Shown one piece after another: positions 39,988-48,422 of a stretch of 54,465 nucleotides of DNA; the first letter of the stretch is position 1, and every line of letters begins with the position of its first letter. Source of the DNA: Candidatus Parvarchaeota archaeon (lineage in GTDB: Archaea; Nanobdellota; Nanobdellia; JAFCGN01); contig JAFCGN010000003.1 of the NCBI GenBank assembly GCA_017608045.1, positions 1 through 54,465 on the forward strand, in the 5' to 3' direction. The notes under the pieces were generated by a model. The model did no database searches. It had not been told where the DNA came from and worked only from the letters and a program-made list of their open reading frames with translations. Position numbers and translations under genes: made by a program.

Positions 39988-42972
39988 ATGAATTTAATTG
40001 GGGCATTGCTTCCATTTATAGGTTTAACAGGAGCTGTTTTAATAGTTGCTGCTATTATTAAGAGTTTTGGTTCTAATAGAAGTGAAGATAATAGTGACGG
40101 TGCAAATGTTGATTTAAGTGGTGTTGAAAATGCAATAAATAATGTTAATACCAGAATTGATAATATTGTTAATGAATTACAAACTAATAGAACTCAAATA
40201 GAGAACAATAATAATGAAATAATTGCTTCAAGAGATGCTGTTGTTCAAGAAGTGACTAATCTTGCTACAACAATGAATGCAAGATTTGATCAAGTTGATA
40301 CAGCAATAAATGATTTGAGAAATGACATAACCTCTCGTTTTAACAATATTGATAATAATATTGCAACTTTAAGCACTTCTATTAATGAAGTTAATACGCG
40401 TAGCAGAGCAATGAATCAGGTTATAAGAACTTTGCCGCGAAGATTTCATGAAGTTCATAGGCATATGCAGAGCAATTTAAGAAATCTGCGCCAACACATA
40501 ACTCAAACAAGTACAATTACTGATGATTTAATCACTCAACTTATCACAGATTTATACAATTCAATCATGAATAATGTTTATAATCCACTGACTACTCAAA
40601 TAAATGATTTTAGGAATGGTGTTGTTAATTTTTTAGGCCATAACATTATTCCTGCAATTACATCATTTTCTCAAAGTTTAACTCAAATTCTTACTGATTT
40701 AACGAATTTTAGCAACAGATTTAACAATTTCACTACAAATGATTTTCAAACACTTGTTAATACAGTCAATAACTTAAATTCTTTTGTTACATCTGATTTA
40801 AGTGAAGCAGTTGAAAGAAACAGAAGCATGGTTGGCGACGTGTATAATGAATTAATTAATGTTCAAACAAGTCTTTCTGAAAATATAAACAATGCATTGA
40901 GAGACATTCAATCAGAATTAAATGATTTAAGAACTAATGCGGGAGACGCAGAAACTCGTTTTGACAATATTGAGGATGCATTAAATAATATTAATGATGC
41001 AATAAATAATGTGTCTAATACTTTACAACCCCATATTAACAATGTTTCTAAAAATTTTGATGCTGTTAAAAAATCGCTTGGTAAATTAGAAAAAGAACAG
41101 AAAAATGCTAAAAAAGAGTTTGAAAAATTAAACAAATCATTTAAAACTTTTAAAACAAGTGAGTTTCCTAACGCAATTAATGATTTGAAAACAAACATTG
41201 CGCAACTTTCTGCTAAGATTGAACAAGCAATTAAAGATGGCAATAAGGACGTGATTAATGAATTAAAGACTGAAATAAGTGATGCTGAGAATAGGCTTAA
41301 ATCATTAATTAATAATCTGCCTAATGAAATTAAAGAGAGTTTTAATGATGAATTTGAAAAAATAGGAGCAGACTTAAAGGATCTTAAAAAAGGAGTTGAA
41401 GAAAATAAAAAACTAATTGAAAAACATGATAGAGAAATTAAAGATTTTTTGAAAGATATTTTGTCAAGTATTGCAAGTCTTGAAAAAACATTAAGTGGTT
41501 TATCTGAAGATTACAAAAAGCTTGTTGAAGATTACAAGAATGCTATGGAAAAACAAAACCAATTAGGAGAAGAAATTGTGAAATTGTTAAAGGGAATTGA
41601 TGCTAATAAGCTTAATGAGAATATAACAAAACTTGAAGAACTTATTAAACAATTAGAATCTCTTAAAGCTCAAGCGGAATCAGTTAAGAAATCAGAAAGC
41701 ACTGCTGAAGCCGGAGATGTTATTAATAATTATATAGATAACTCTACTAAGATTATTAATAATATTAATAATCAAATTATTGTTATTACTGAATTTTATT
41801 CAACCACAAGAGAGAAGATTCCAAAAATAATTGGTGGTTCAAAATTAACGCAAGAAGAAGAAAAAGAAGTTACGAACTTGGTGTCTCAACTTTTTACAGC
41901 ATTAAGTATAATGGATTCAATAACTGATGAAGTATTGCCTGAAGGTGCAGAATTTCTTATTAACATAAAAAAACTTCTTAAAACTTATTCCAAACAAATG
42001 AAGAAATTGCACGAAACTGCTGTGAATAATTTAAAAGAATATAAAAAAGAAAAATCCAAATCAAATTCTGAAGAAGCAAATAAACTTCATTATTTGTTTG
42101 ATTTTGATTTATTTAAACATGCATTAGACACTCTTGATAGCATGAATTCTAGATTGGACAAAATAAGAAAAATAGAAATAAGGATGGGTTCGCGACGACA
42201 AGTTGAGAGAACCGCTGAAAGAATGGAAGAAGGAAGAACAAGAACAGCGCTTTCAGAAGAAAGTGTTTTAGAAGAAAGTTATTCAATAAAAAAGATGTTC
42301 TACGAAATTGAAGAGAATGTTGTTGGAAGTTTTGAAAGAGTTGTTAGAATTTCTTCTGTTGAAAATTATATTGAGAACCTGCAAGAGTGGTTTTATTTAA
42401 CACAACAAGCGAGTTTTAATCTTAAGTATTTGGAGAGAAGATTAAAAGGAAGTCTTCTTCCCATTACTGAAAATGAGGTTGATTCTTTAAAAGATTTAAT
42501 AGATGAAGAAAAAAATAGATTAAGTAAATCAAAAAAAGATTTTGAAAAAATCACTGGTGAAAATAATCCTAATGAAGAAGAAATAAGTAATGCTATAAAC
42601 GCGCTTACAGAAACAATTGATTATAAAGATGAAGAAAAAACATTTAAGCATTTTGAAACAGTTTTAAAGGAAAACATAAATGAGAAAATAAGGGATTATG
42701 AGGTTTTCACAGAATTCATGACAACATACAAGGACTTGTTGGTTCGCTTGTTTAATTCTTTTGTTATTGATGTTCTTATAAAACACGGAAATAAGAATAA
42801 AGAAGATTATGTTAAATTTTATTTTAAAAAAGCGAGAAGAAGAGGGGATATTGAATCTTCTGACTTAAAAACTGTTTTCGGACACAAGAAATTAAATGTG
42901 TCGGGTGCAAGAATAAATTCTAGGAAATGGAAGAAGCTTACTAAATGGAGCAAAGTAAAAAAAGCAATTTAA
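39988..42972 (+). CDS. Giant (994 aa) N-terminally anchored coiled-coil protein
   Basis: Hydrophobic aa 1-24, then heptad/hendecad repeats (RFDQVDTAIND, RFNNIDNNIAT, RFDNIEDALNN), then K/E-rich helices. Confidence 0.85.
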   Translation: MNLIGALLPFIGLTGAVLIVAAIIKSFGSNRSEDNSDGANVDLSGVENAINNVNTRIDNIVNELQTNRTQIENNNNEIIASRDAVVQEVTNLATTMNARFDQVDTAINDLRNDITSRFNNIDNNIATLSTSINEVNTRSRAMNQVIRTLPRRFHEVHRHMQSNLRNLRQHITQTSTITDDLITQLITDLYNSIMNNVYNPLTTQINDFRNGVVNFLGHNIIPAITSFSQSLTQILTDLTNFSNRFNNFTTNDFQTLVNTVNNLNSFVTSDLSEAVERNRSMVGDVYNELINVQTSLSENINNALRDIQSELNDLRTNAGDAETRFDNIEDALNNINDAINNVSNTLQPHINNVSKNFDAVKKSLGKLEKEQKNAKKEFEKLNKSFKTFKTSEFPNAINDLKTNIAQLSAKIEQAIKDGNKDVINELKTEISDAENRLKSLINNLPNEIKESFNDEFEKIGADLKDLKKGVEENKKLIEKHDREIKDFLKDILSSIASLEKTLSGLSEDYKKLVEDYKNAMEKQNQLGEEIVKLLKGIDANKLNENITKLEELIKQLESLKAQAESVKKSESTAEAGDVINNYIDNSTKIINNINNQIIVITEFYSTTREKIPKIIGGSKLTQEEEKEVTNLVSQLFTALSIMDSITDEVLPEGAEFLINIKKLLKTYSKQMKKLHETAVNNLKEYKKEKSKSNSEEANKLHYLFDFDLFKHALDTLDSMNSRLDKIRKIEIRMGSRRQVERTAERMEEGRTRTALSEESVLEESYSIKKMFYEIEENVVGSFERVVRISSVENYIENLQEWFYLTQQASFNLKYLERRLKGSLLPITENEVDSLKDLIDEEKNRLSKSKKDFEKITGENNPNEEEISNAINALTETIDYKDEEKTFKHFETVLKENINEKIRDYEVFTEFMTTYKDLLVRLFNSFVIDVLIKHGNKNKEDYVKFYFKKARRRGDIESSDLKTVFGHKKLNVSGARINSRKWKKLTKWSKVKKAI

Positions 42973-43032
42973 AGAATAAATAATAATGAATAAACATAAA
43001 ATAAATAAATTATGTTTTTCTTTTGATTATCA

Positions 43033-45216
43033 ATGACAATATCAATTATTTCAGTAATTTCTGCAATTGGCTTAACAGCATTAGGAGGTGCTGGCTTATA
43101 CGCTGCTTATAAATGGGTTGTTAAACACCCTGCAGGAAAGAAAATACGAGTTAAAACAAGAAGAGCGAGCAAGCAGGAGAGAAAGAAAGCAAAGAAAATA
43201 GCTAAAAAAATTCTTAAAGGAAGTTGGAAACTTCTTTCTAGTACTGGCAGGGGAGTGTATTATGTTGCGCCAAGAATATGGCGTGGAACTAAAAAAAGTG
43301 CGAAAACAATAACAGGATCAAGCAAAAAAATTTTTAAAAAAAGTTATAAAACTCTTAAAAACATTTCTTCTTCACTCAAGAAAATCAAGTTCAATAAATT
43401 AAGAAAATTTGTTAAAAAAAAGCAATCAAAAGAAGCATTAGAAGAAACTCAAAAACTTGAAAAAGAAATTAATGAATTAAAAAAAGAAGTTGATGAAATA
43501 TTAGAAGAATTAAAAAATAAGCCTTTTGAAAAAAAAAGTGCAGAAGTAGAAAATATTTCTAATGAATTAGGAGGATTAAGCCGAGGAGTAAGTGCTATTG
43601 AAAACCAAGTAATGGGGAAAGAAAGTATTTCAGACGAGGAATCACAAGTATTATTAGAAGAAATTAAGAAAGTAGAAGAGAGTAAAGAAACATTTGAGAA
43701 GAATTTAGAGAAAGCAATAGAAAGAATAAATGAGTTAGATGAATTAGGAGTAGAATCAGAAGAAGAAAGAGAAATGGAAGAAGAGCAAGAAGGAGTAGGC
43801 AGGAAAACCGAGAGATTGTTAGGTTATTATGAGGGAAGAAGAGGAGAACTTGAAAAAACAAGTTTTGTCATAGAACCTGATGAGAGGATAAGAGATTATA
43901 TTTTAAGAGTGAAAAAAGATTTTGAAAAATTATTCTTTCCATTAATTTTTATTGACCCTTCTGATAATGAAAAAAAATTCAGGGAAGAAGAGTTCAGGTA
44001 CTCTGTTGAAGGATTCAATGCATTAAATGTTGATAATGAAGATTTTATTGAAATTGCTTCAGAATTAGCAACTTCTTTATTGTTTTCCATTATTGAATTA
44101 ATTTCTTCAGAAGAAATCATGAAAAGCAAAATAAAGGAATTGCAGGAGAACCTTGATAAGTTGAAAGAATTTGTTAATGAAAATGAGGATAAAGTTAATA
44201 ATAAAGAAAATGTTTTAAAACTTCTTCAACAATTAATTACTTCTTTAGAGCCTTATGCTAATACCTCGTTTAAAAAAATATACTTTGAAGGAGGAGAGAT
44301 TACCTTAGGAAATTATAAAAAACAATTACGCGATGTTGTAGAATTAATTTGTAATTATAAAAGTTCAGAAGAAACTTCAAGTAAGAATTATAAAGAGGAC
44401 ATAAAAAGTAGTTTAAAAAGAGTTTATAAACACTTTCTTAAAGTGCAAGAGGATTACTTAAAGTTAAAACATTGGGCTGAGAAGAATTTATCATGGTTTG
44501 AAACTCTTGCTAATTCCTTCAAAAATAATGCAGTATTCATGAGTGGTGAAAAAGAAATTAGTGAAAAAGAACCTAAAAAAGAAGCATCAGATAAAGTGAA
44601 GAAAGAAGTTTCAACTTTGATTGAGCAAATAATAACTCAACTTAATGAAATAAAGTTTTATGATGGAAGCGTTCAGGATTATCGTAAATTATTAGAACAT
44701 GTTAAAGAAGGCAGAGGAGGTATTACAGCGAATACTCTTGATGATGTAAAAAATAATATTATTAGACCCATTGATGTTTTAGGAGGATTTTATTATGGAT
44801 ATGATTTCAAAAGTCTTTTACGATTAAACATAAAAACCCTGCCTGAAAAATCAGAAGAGTATATTAAAGAATTCATTAATCAACTTCAAGAAAAAGTAAT
44901 TAAAGGAATGCTTAAGAAAGATGTTGAATTAATAACAGAAGTTATTACTAAAAATCCTTTAATTAATAAAAAAATCAAAAAATCTGTAAATGAATTGAAG
45001 GAAATTGCTTTAAATGCTTTAAAGGGTTATGAGAAGTACTTAAGTTCTTGTGATATTCCTTTATACAAAAAAAGAAGACTGATTTATCTTGATAATAAAA
45101 ATCTTTCTAAACTAATTGGTATTAATTATAAAAAGAAAAGTTTTTTTCCTAAAACACATAAAATATTAAGTGAATGGTTTAGGAAGGAAGCACAAGTTAA
45201 TAAAAAAAACACTTAA
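43033..45216 (+). CDS. 727-aa N-terminally anchored protein with basic region and acidic coiled coil
   Basis: Gly/Ala-rich hydrophobic N-terminus, K/R-rich aa ~28-135, then E-rich heptads. Confidence 0.85.
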   Translation: MTISIISVISAIGLTALGGAGLYAAYKWVVKHPAGKKIRVKTRRASKQERKKAKKIAKKILKGSWKLLSSTGRGVYYVAPRIWRGTKKSAKTITGSSKKIFKKSYKTLKNISSSLKKIKFNKLRKFVKKKQSKEALEETQKLEKEINELKKEVDEILEELKNKPFEKKSAEVENISNELGGLSRGVSAIENQVMGKESISDEESQVLLEEIKKVEESKETFEKNLEKAIERINELDELGVESEEEREMEEEQEGVGRKTERLLGYYEGRRGELEKTSFVIEPDERIRDYILRVKKDFEKLFFPLIFIDPSDNEKKFREEEFRYSVEGFNALNVDNEDFIEIASELATSLLFSIIELISSEEIMKSKIKELQENLDKLKEFVNENEDKVNNKENVLKLLQQLITSLEPYANTSFKKIYFEGGEITLGNYKKQLRDVVELICNYKSSEETSSKNYKEDIKSSLKRVYKHFLKVQEDYLKLKHWAEKNLSWFETLANSFKNNAVFMSGEKEISEKEPKKEASDKVKKEVSTLIEQIITQLNEIKFYDGSVQDYRKLLEHVKEGRGGITANTLDDVKNNIIRPIDVLGGFYYGYDFKSLLRLNIKTLPEKSEEYIKEFINQLQEKVIKGMLKKDVELITEVITKNPLINKKIKKSVNELKEIALNALKGYEKYLSSCDIPLYKKRRLIYLDNKNLSKLIGINYKKKSFFPKTHKILSEWFRKEAQVNKKNT

Positions 45217-45286
45217 TTTCCTTCAATTAATTAAAATTACTTTTTTTTAGTTAATTATTTAAGCAATAATTATTTATTTCTAAAAT

Positions 45287-45811
45287 ATGGCAGGACCATT
45301 AGAACTTGCAATACAAGGACTTAAAGAACTTGGTTTTTTTAATGTTCTCTTGCCATTTCTTCTTGTATTCACAGTCATTTATGGCATTCTTGAAAGAACA
45401 AAAGTGTTTGGAGACAAGAAACACGATATTAATGCAGTAGTAGCGTTCACCATAAGCATGATGGTTATTGGGACAACATGGGTTGTGGGAGCAATAACAA
45501 ATTTTTTACCCTATGTTGGAATGATTAGCATTGTTGTTGTAAGCTTGCTTTTACTTGCAGGAATGATGTTTTCAAATAATCTTGAAGGACTCTTTAATGA
45601 AAAATGGTTTCAAACAGGCGGTGTTATTGTTATTATTATTGCCATATCCTTAAGTTTAATGTATGTTTTTGGATTAGAATTAACAACAGGCGGGGGTTAT
45701 ATTTTAGGAATACCTGTTAATGATTTTGCTACAATAATGGGTTTAATCCTGTTTTTTGCACTTATTGTATGGATGGTAAGGCCTGAAAGTTCGAATGGAG
45801 GAAGCAAATAA
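45287..45811 (+). CDS. Small multi-TM membrane protein (paralogue 1)
   Basis: 'LPFLLVFTVIYGILERTKVFG...INAVVAF'. Confidence 0.8.
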   Translation: MAGPLELAIQGLKELGFFNVLLPFLLVFTVIYGILERTKVFGDKKHDINAVVAFTISMMVIGTTWVVGAITNFLPYVGMISIVVVSLLLLAGMMFSNNLEGLFNEKWFQTGGVIVIIIAISLSLMYVFGLELTTGGGYILGIPVNDFATIMGLILFFALIVWMVRPESSNGGSK

Positions 45812-46392
45812 TGAGTAGTGTCTCAGAATTTTTTAAATTAATGTTTGCTTCTGTAGGTGCATTAGCGCCTGCTGGAATAGACCCAACTCTTTTTTTTACA
45901 ACATTCTTTGTTGTTTTTGCAATAATTTTCACTGGTTTAAGCACGGTTAAAGTGTTTGGGAACGCAACTAATAACAATAAAATAAGAGCGATATTCGCTT
46001 TTGTTGCAGCATATTTCACAGCAACAAGCGCGTTCGCAACAGTTATGATAAGCAAACTTTTTCCAAATCTTGGAGTTGTTTTAATCAGTGTTATTGTAAT
46101 GCTTGTTGTAACTTCATTTGTTAGTGGTTCAGGAAAACCTGTTAGTGGAGGTTTTTTAAAAGTTATAATGCTCTTGCTTGTTGCATGGATTATTTGGAAT
46201 TCATGGAACAGTGCAACTTGGGAAGTATACGGGTATAAAACACAAGTTCAAGTTTCAATGCAAGATATAGCGGATATAGTGTTAGTCATAATTTTTATTA
46301 TTATTTTTCTTAAAGTGCTTGGTGTTGGCGGAGACAAGAGTGGAGGAAACTCTACTCTAAAAGAGTTCCTAGGAGATTTGCTGAAAAGTTAA
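45811..46392 (+). CDS. Small multi-TM membrane protein (paralogue 2)
   Basis: 'FFVVFAIIFTGLSTVKVFG...IRAIFAF...LFP'; 1-nt overlap with the upstream gene. Confidence 0.8.
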   Translation: MSSVSEFFKLMFASVGALAPAGIDPTLFFTTFFVVFAIIFTGLSTVKVFGNATNNNKIRAIFAFVAAYFTATSAFATVMISKLFPNLGVVLISVIVMLVVTSFVSGSGKPVSGGFLKVIMLLLVAWIIWNSWNSATWEVYGYKTQVQVSMQDIADIVLVIIFIIIFLKVLGVGGDKSGGNSTLKEFLGDLLKS

Positions 46393-46451
46393 TTAAAAAA
46401 GATTAAATACAAGGATTAAAAAATAAAAAATATAGAGGTGAAAAAAATAAA

Positions 46452-47015
46452 ATGGCAGAAGAAACATTCCTTCAAGCAGTAGGATTATTAGATTATCTTG
46501 GCTTTGAATATTTTTTAGTTCCCTTATTCATATTCACTCTTCTCTTTGCAATACTTCAAAAATACAAGATAATAAGTGAAAAAATGGATGCAAACGCAGT
46601 TATTGCTTTTGTTTTAGCAATGCTCACAGCAATGTTTCCTGATTTAAGCACGTTTATTTACAGGTTATTGCCTTTATTCGTTGTTTTTTTGATAGTAGGT
46701 TTTTCAGTAATGCTTTTTTTTATGTTTTTTGGATTAAAACAAAACGAAGTTGTTGATTTTATAAAAAAACCAGGCATAGTTATCATCATTTTTGCTATAA
46801 GCATTATAATATTCGCAAACGTGTTTAGTTCTCAATTTGGTTCAGCATTCACGCCCGGAGAATTTGAACCAACAAACGAGTCCTCATACACTGGAACAGG
46901 AACACAAGTATTTGCAAGAATTTTAGCCCACCCAAAAGTTCTCGGCACAATAATTCTTTTAGTACTTCTTGCTTTAAGCACGTATTTAGTGGCGCACAGC
47001 ACATTAGAAAACTAA
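46452..47015 (+). CDS. Small multi-TM membrane protein (paralogue 3)
   Basis: 'VPLFIFTLLFAILQKYKII...ANAVIAF...LLP'. Confidence 0.8.
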   Translation: MAEETFLQAVGLLDYLGFEYFLVPLFIFTLLFAILQKYKIISEKMDANAVIAFVLAMLTAMFPDLSTFIYRLLPLFVVFLIVGFSVMLFFMFFGLKQNEVVDFIKKPGIVIIIFAISIIIFANVFSSQFGSAFTPGEFEPTNESSYTGTGTQVFARILAHPKVLGTIILLVLLALSTYLVAHSTLEN

Positions 47016-47026
47016 CTCTTTCGTTA

Positions 47027-47704
47027 TCATTTACTTTTTTTACCCTTCTCAACTAAATTGCGGAGTTGTTGAATATTATCACTAAGCGCAGGAATTAATT
47101 TACTCATTGCTTTCTCAACAGCTTGAATTTCTATTTTTGAATCTGTTATTGCCTTTCCATATTCCTCTACTTTCTGCATTGTTTGAGCTTGAATCATATC
47201 CAATCTTGTTTTTAAATCCTTTACTTTATCATTTAAACTATTCACCATGCTTTCTGTTTTATTTCTCCAAACATTAAATCTTTCCATTTCAGATTCTACT
47301 TCCTTCCACCTCTCTCTTATTATTTCTTCAAGTATTCTTTCTATCTCATTCACATCTAATTTTTTCCCACCAACATCACTTACGGGTGCAGTACTTGTTG
47401 GCGCTGTAATTGTTTCAACAGGTGCTTCAGTATTTATTGGACTTGTTGGCGCTGTAGGTGCTTGCTCTATAGGACTTAAATCATTAATGCTTGTTATTTG
47501 TGAACGCAAGTCAAGTTGAGCAAGAGCATCTCTTATTTGTGAAAAAGAATAACCCTGTGCTTTTAATTGATTAATTATTTGTTCATTATTCATTCCACTA
47601 CTTCTTAGAGCTGCAGCTTCTTTTAAAGGAAGCGCGCCTGGAGGAGGCGGACTAACACCACTTATTGCTGCAACTTTCTCCTTTTTTCTTCCAAACAAAC
47701 CCAT
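47027..47704 (-). CDS. Coiled-coil protein with small N-terminal helical bundle and P/T-rich linker
   Basis: MGLFGRKK, SPPPPG, 'QIINQLKAQGYSFSQIRDAL' and C-terminal heptads. Confidence 0.8.
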   Translation of the reverse strand: MGLFGRKKEKVAAISGVSPPPPGALPLKEAAALRSSGMNNEQIINQLKAQGYSFSQIRDALAQLDLRSQITSINDLSPIEQAPTAPTSPINTEAPVETITAPTSTAPVSDVGGKKLDVNEIERILEEIIRERWKEVESEMERFNVWRNKTESMVNSLNDKVKDLKTRLDMIQAQTMQKVEEYGKAITDSKIEIQAVEKAMSKLIPALSDNIQQLRNLVEKGKKSK

Positions 47705-47743
47705 TTTTCATCCCTTTTTTAAACTATAACTCATTAAGTATTA

Positions 47744-48145
47744 TTAATTTTTCTTTTTACGCACTTTTTTTCTTTCAAAAAGTTTTTCAGCATCCGCTAA
47801 TGTTAAAAATCTTGTTGGATCAAATAAATCAACATACTTTTCTAAAACTTTTAAATCACTGATTTTCGCACTTGTTTCCGCTTCTTTAATTAAATGTCTT
47901 GTTGTTTCTCGAATATCCTTATAATTCTTATTTAATTCTTCAATTTGAATAGAATTCTCTGTAATAAGCTCCTTCAACTCATTTGTTCTTCTTAAAAGGT
48001 TTTGATCTGTTGCCTTTAACTTTTCTCTAAGTTGTTCAAACTTTTCTTCTAATAATCTAACCCTATTACTTAAATCACTAATTTTATCGCTCGCAAATTT
48101 TAAAAATTCTTCACTAATAGGTTGTTGAGTTGGCATTTTCATCAC
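47744..48145 (-). CDS. Small coiled-coil protein (start probably 48142 or 48136)
   Basis: Continuous heptads; C-terminus 'KVLEKYVDLFDPTRFLT'. Confidence 0.8.
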   Translation of the reverse strand: MMKMPTQQPISEEFLKFASDKISDLSNRVRLLEEKFEQLREKLKATDQNLLRRTNELKELITENSIQIEELNKNYKDIRETTRHLIKEAETSAKISDLKVLEKYVDLFDPTRFLTLADAEKLFERKKVRKKKN

Positions 48146-48211
48146 ACAAAATTTCTTTTTTCCTCTTTCTTAACTAAACTATAACAATTTTCTCTTATAT
48201 ATTTATTTATA

Positions 48212-48360
48212 AGTAAGAACCTCCAGCGGGTTCACTAATCACAAAGTGATTGTGCCCAAGTTACCCCAGTAACTTAGGGCTTACTAACTCCCTTATTATA
48301 TGTTTATGTTCTTTGGGGTAACTTACACCTTTCTTACAAGAAAGGAGCAGAGTCAGAATC
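48212..48360. other. GC-enriched structured intergenic element (perfect four-way junction plus alternative long-range pairing); candidate ncRNA/regulatory leader
   Basis: Helices AGTAA/TTACT, GAACC/GGTTC, AC-AATCAC/GTGATT-GT, GCCCAAGTTAC/GTAACTT-GGGC and CCTTTCT/AGAAAGG; AAGTTACCCCA (48258-48268) is complementary to TGGGGTAACTT (48314-48324). Confidence 0.65.
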
Positions 48361-48422
48361 ATTTAAATTTTTGTAATATAATATTTAAATGTGCAATTTT
48401 TTAATTAGTTATAGGTGCAGAG

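Noticed and set aside
43620-43860. Strongly purine-rich stretch suggesting foreign DNA or a repeat array
   Set aside because: Explained by Glu/Lys/Arg codons of a coiled coil; no discrete repeat unit.
48328-48350. Hairpin followed by GGAGCAG resembling SRP RNA helix 8, and an ACA after the 11-bp stem resembling H/ACA RNA
   Set aside because: No matching CAGG strand or GNRA loop for SRP; no K-turn and wrong pocket-to-ACA spacing for H/ACA.
48261-48404. 33-aa (minus, from 48362) and 34-aa (plus, from 48300) micro-ORFs inside the structured element
   Set aside because: No SD or recognisable pattern; this length is expected by chance.
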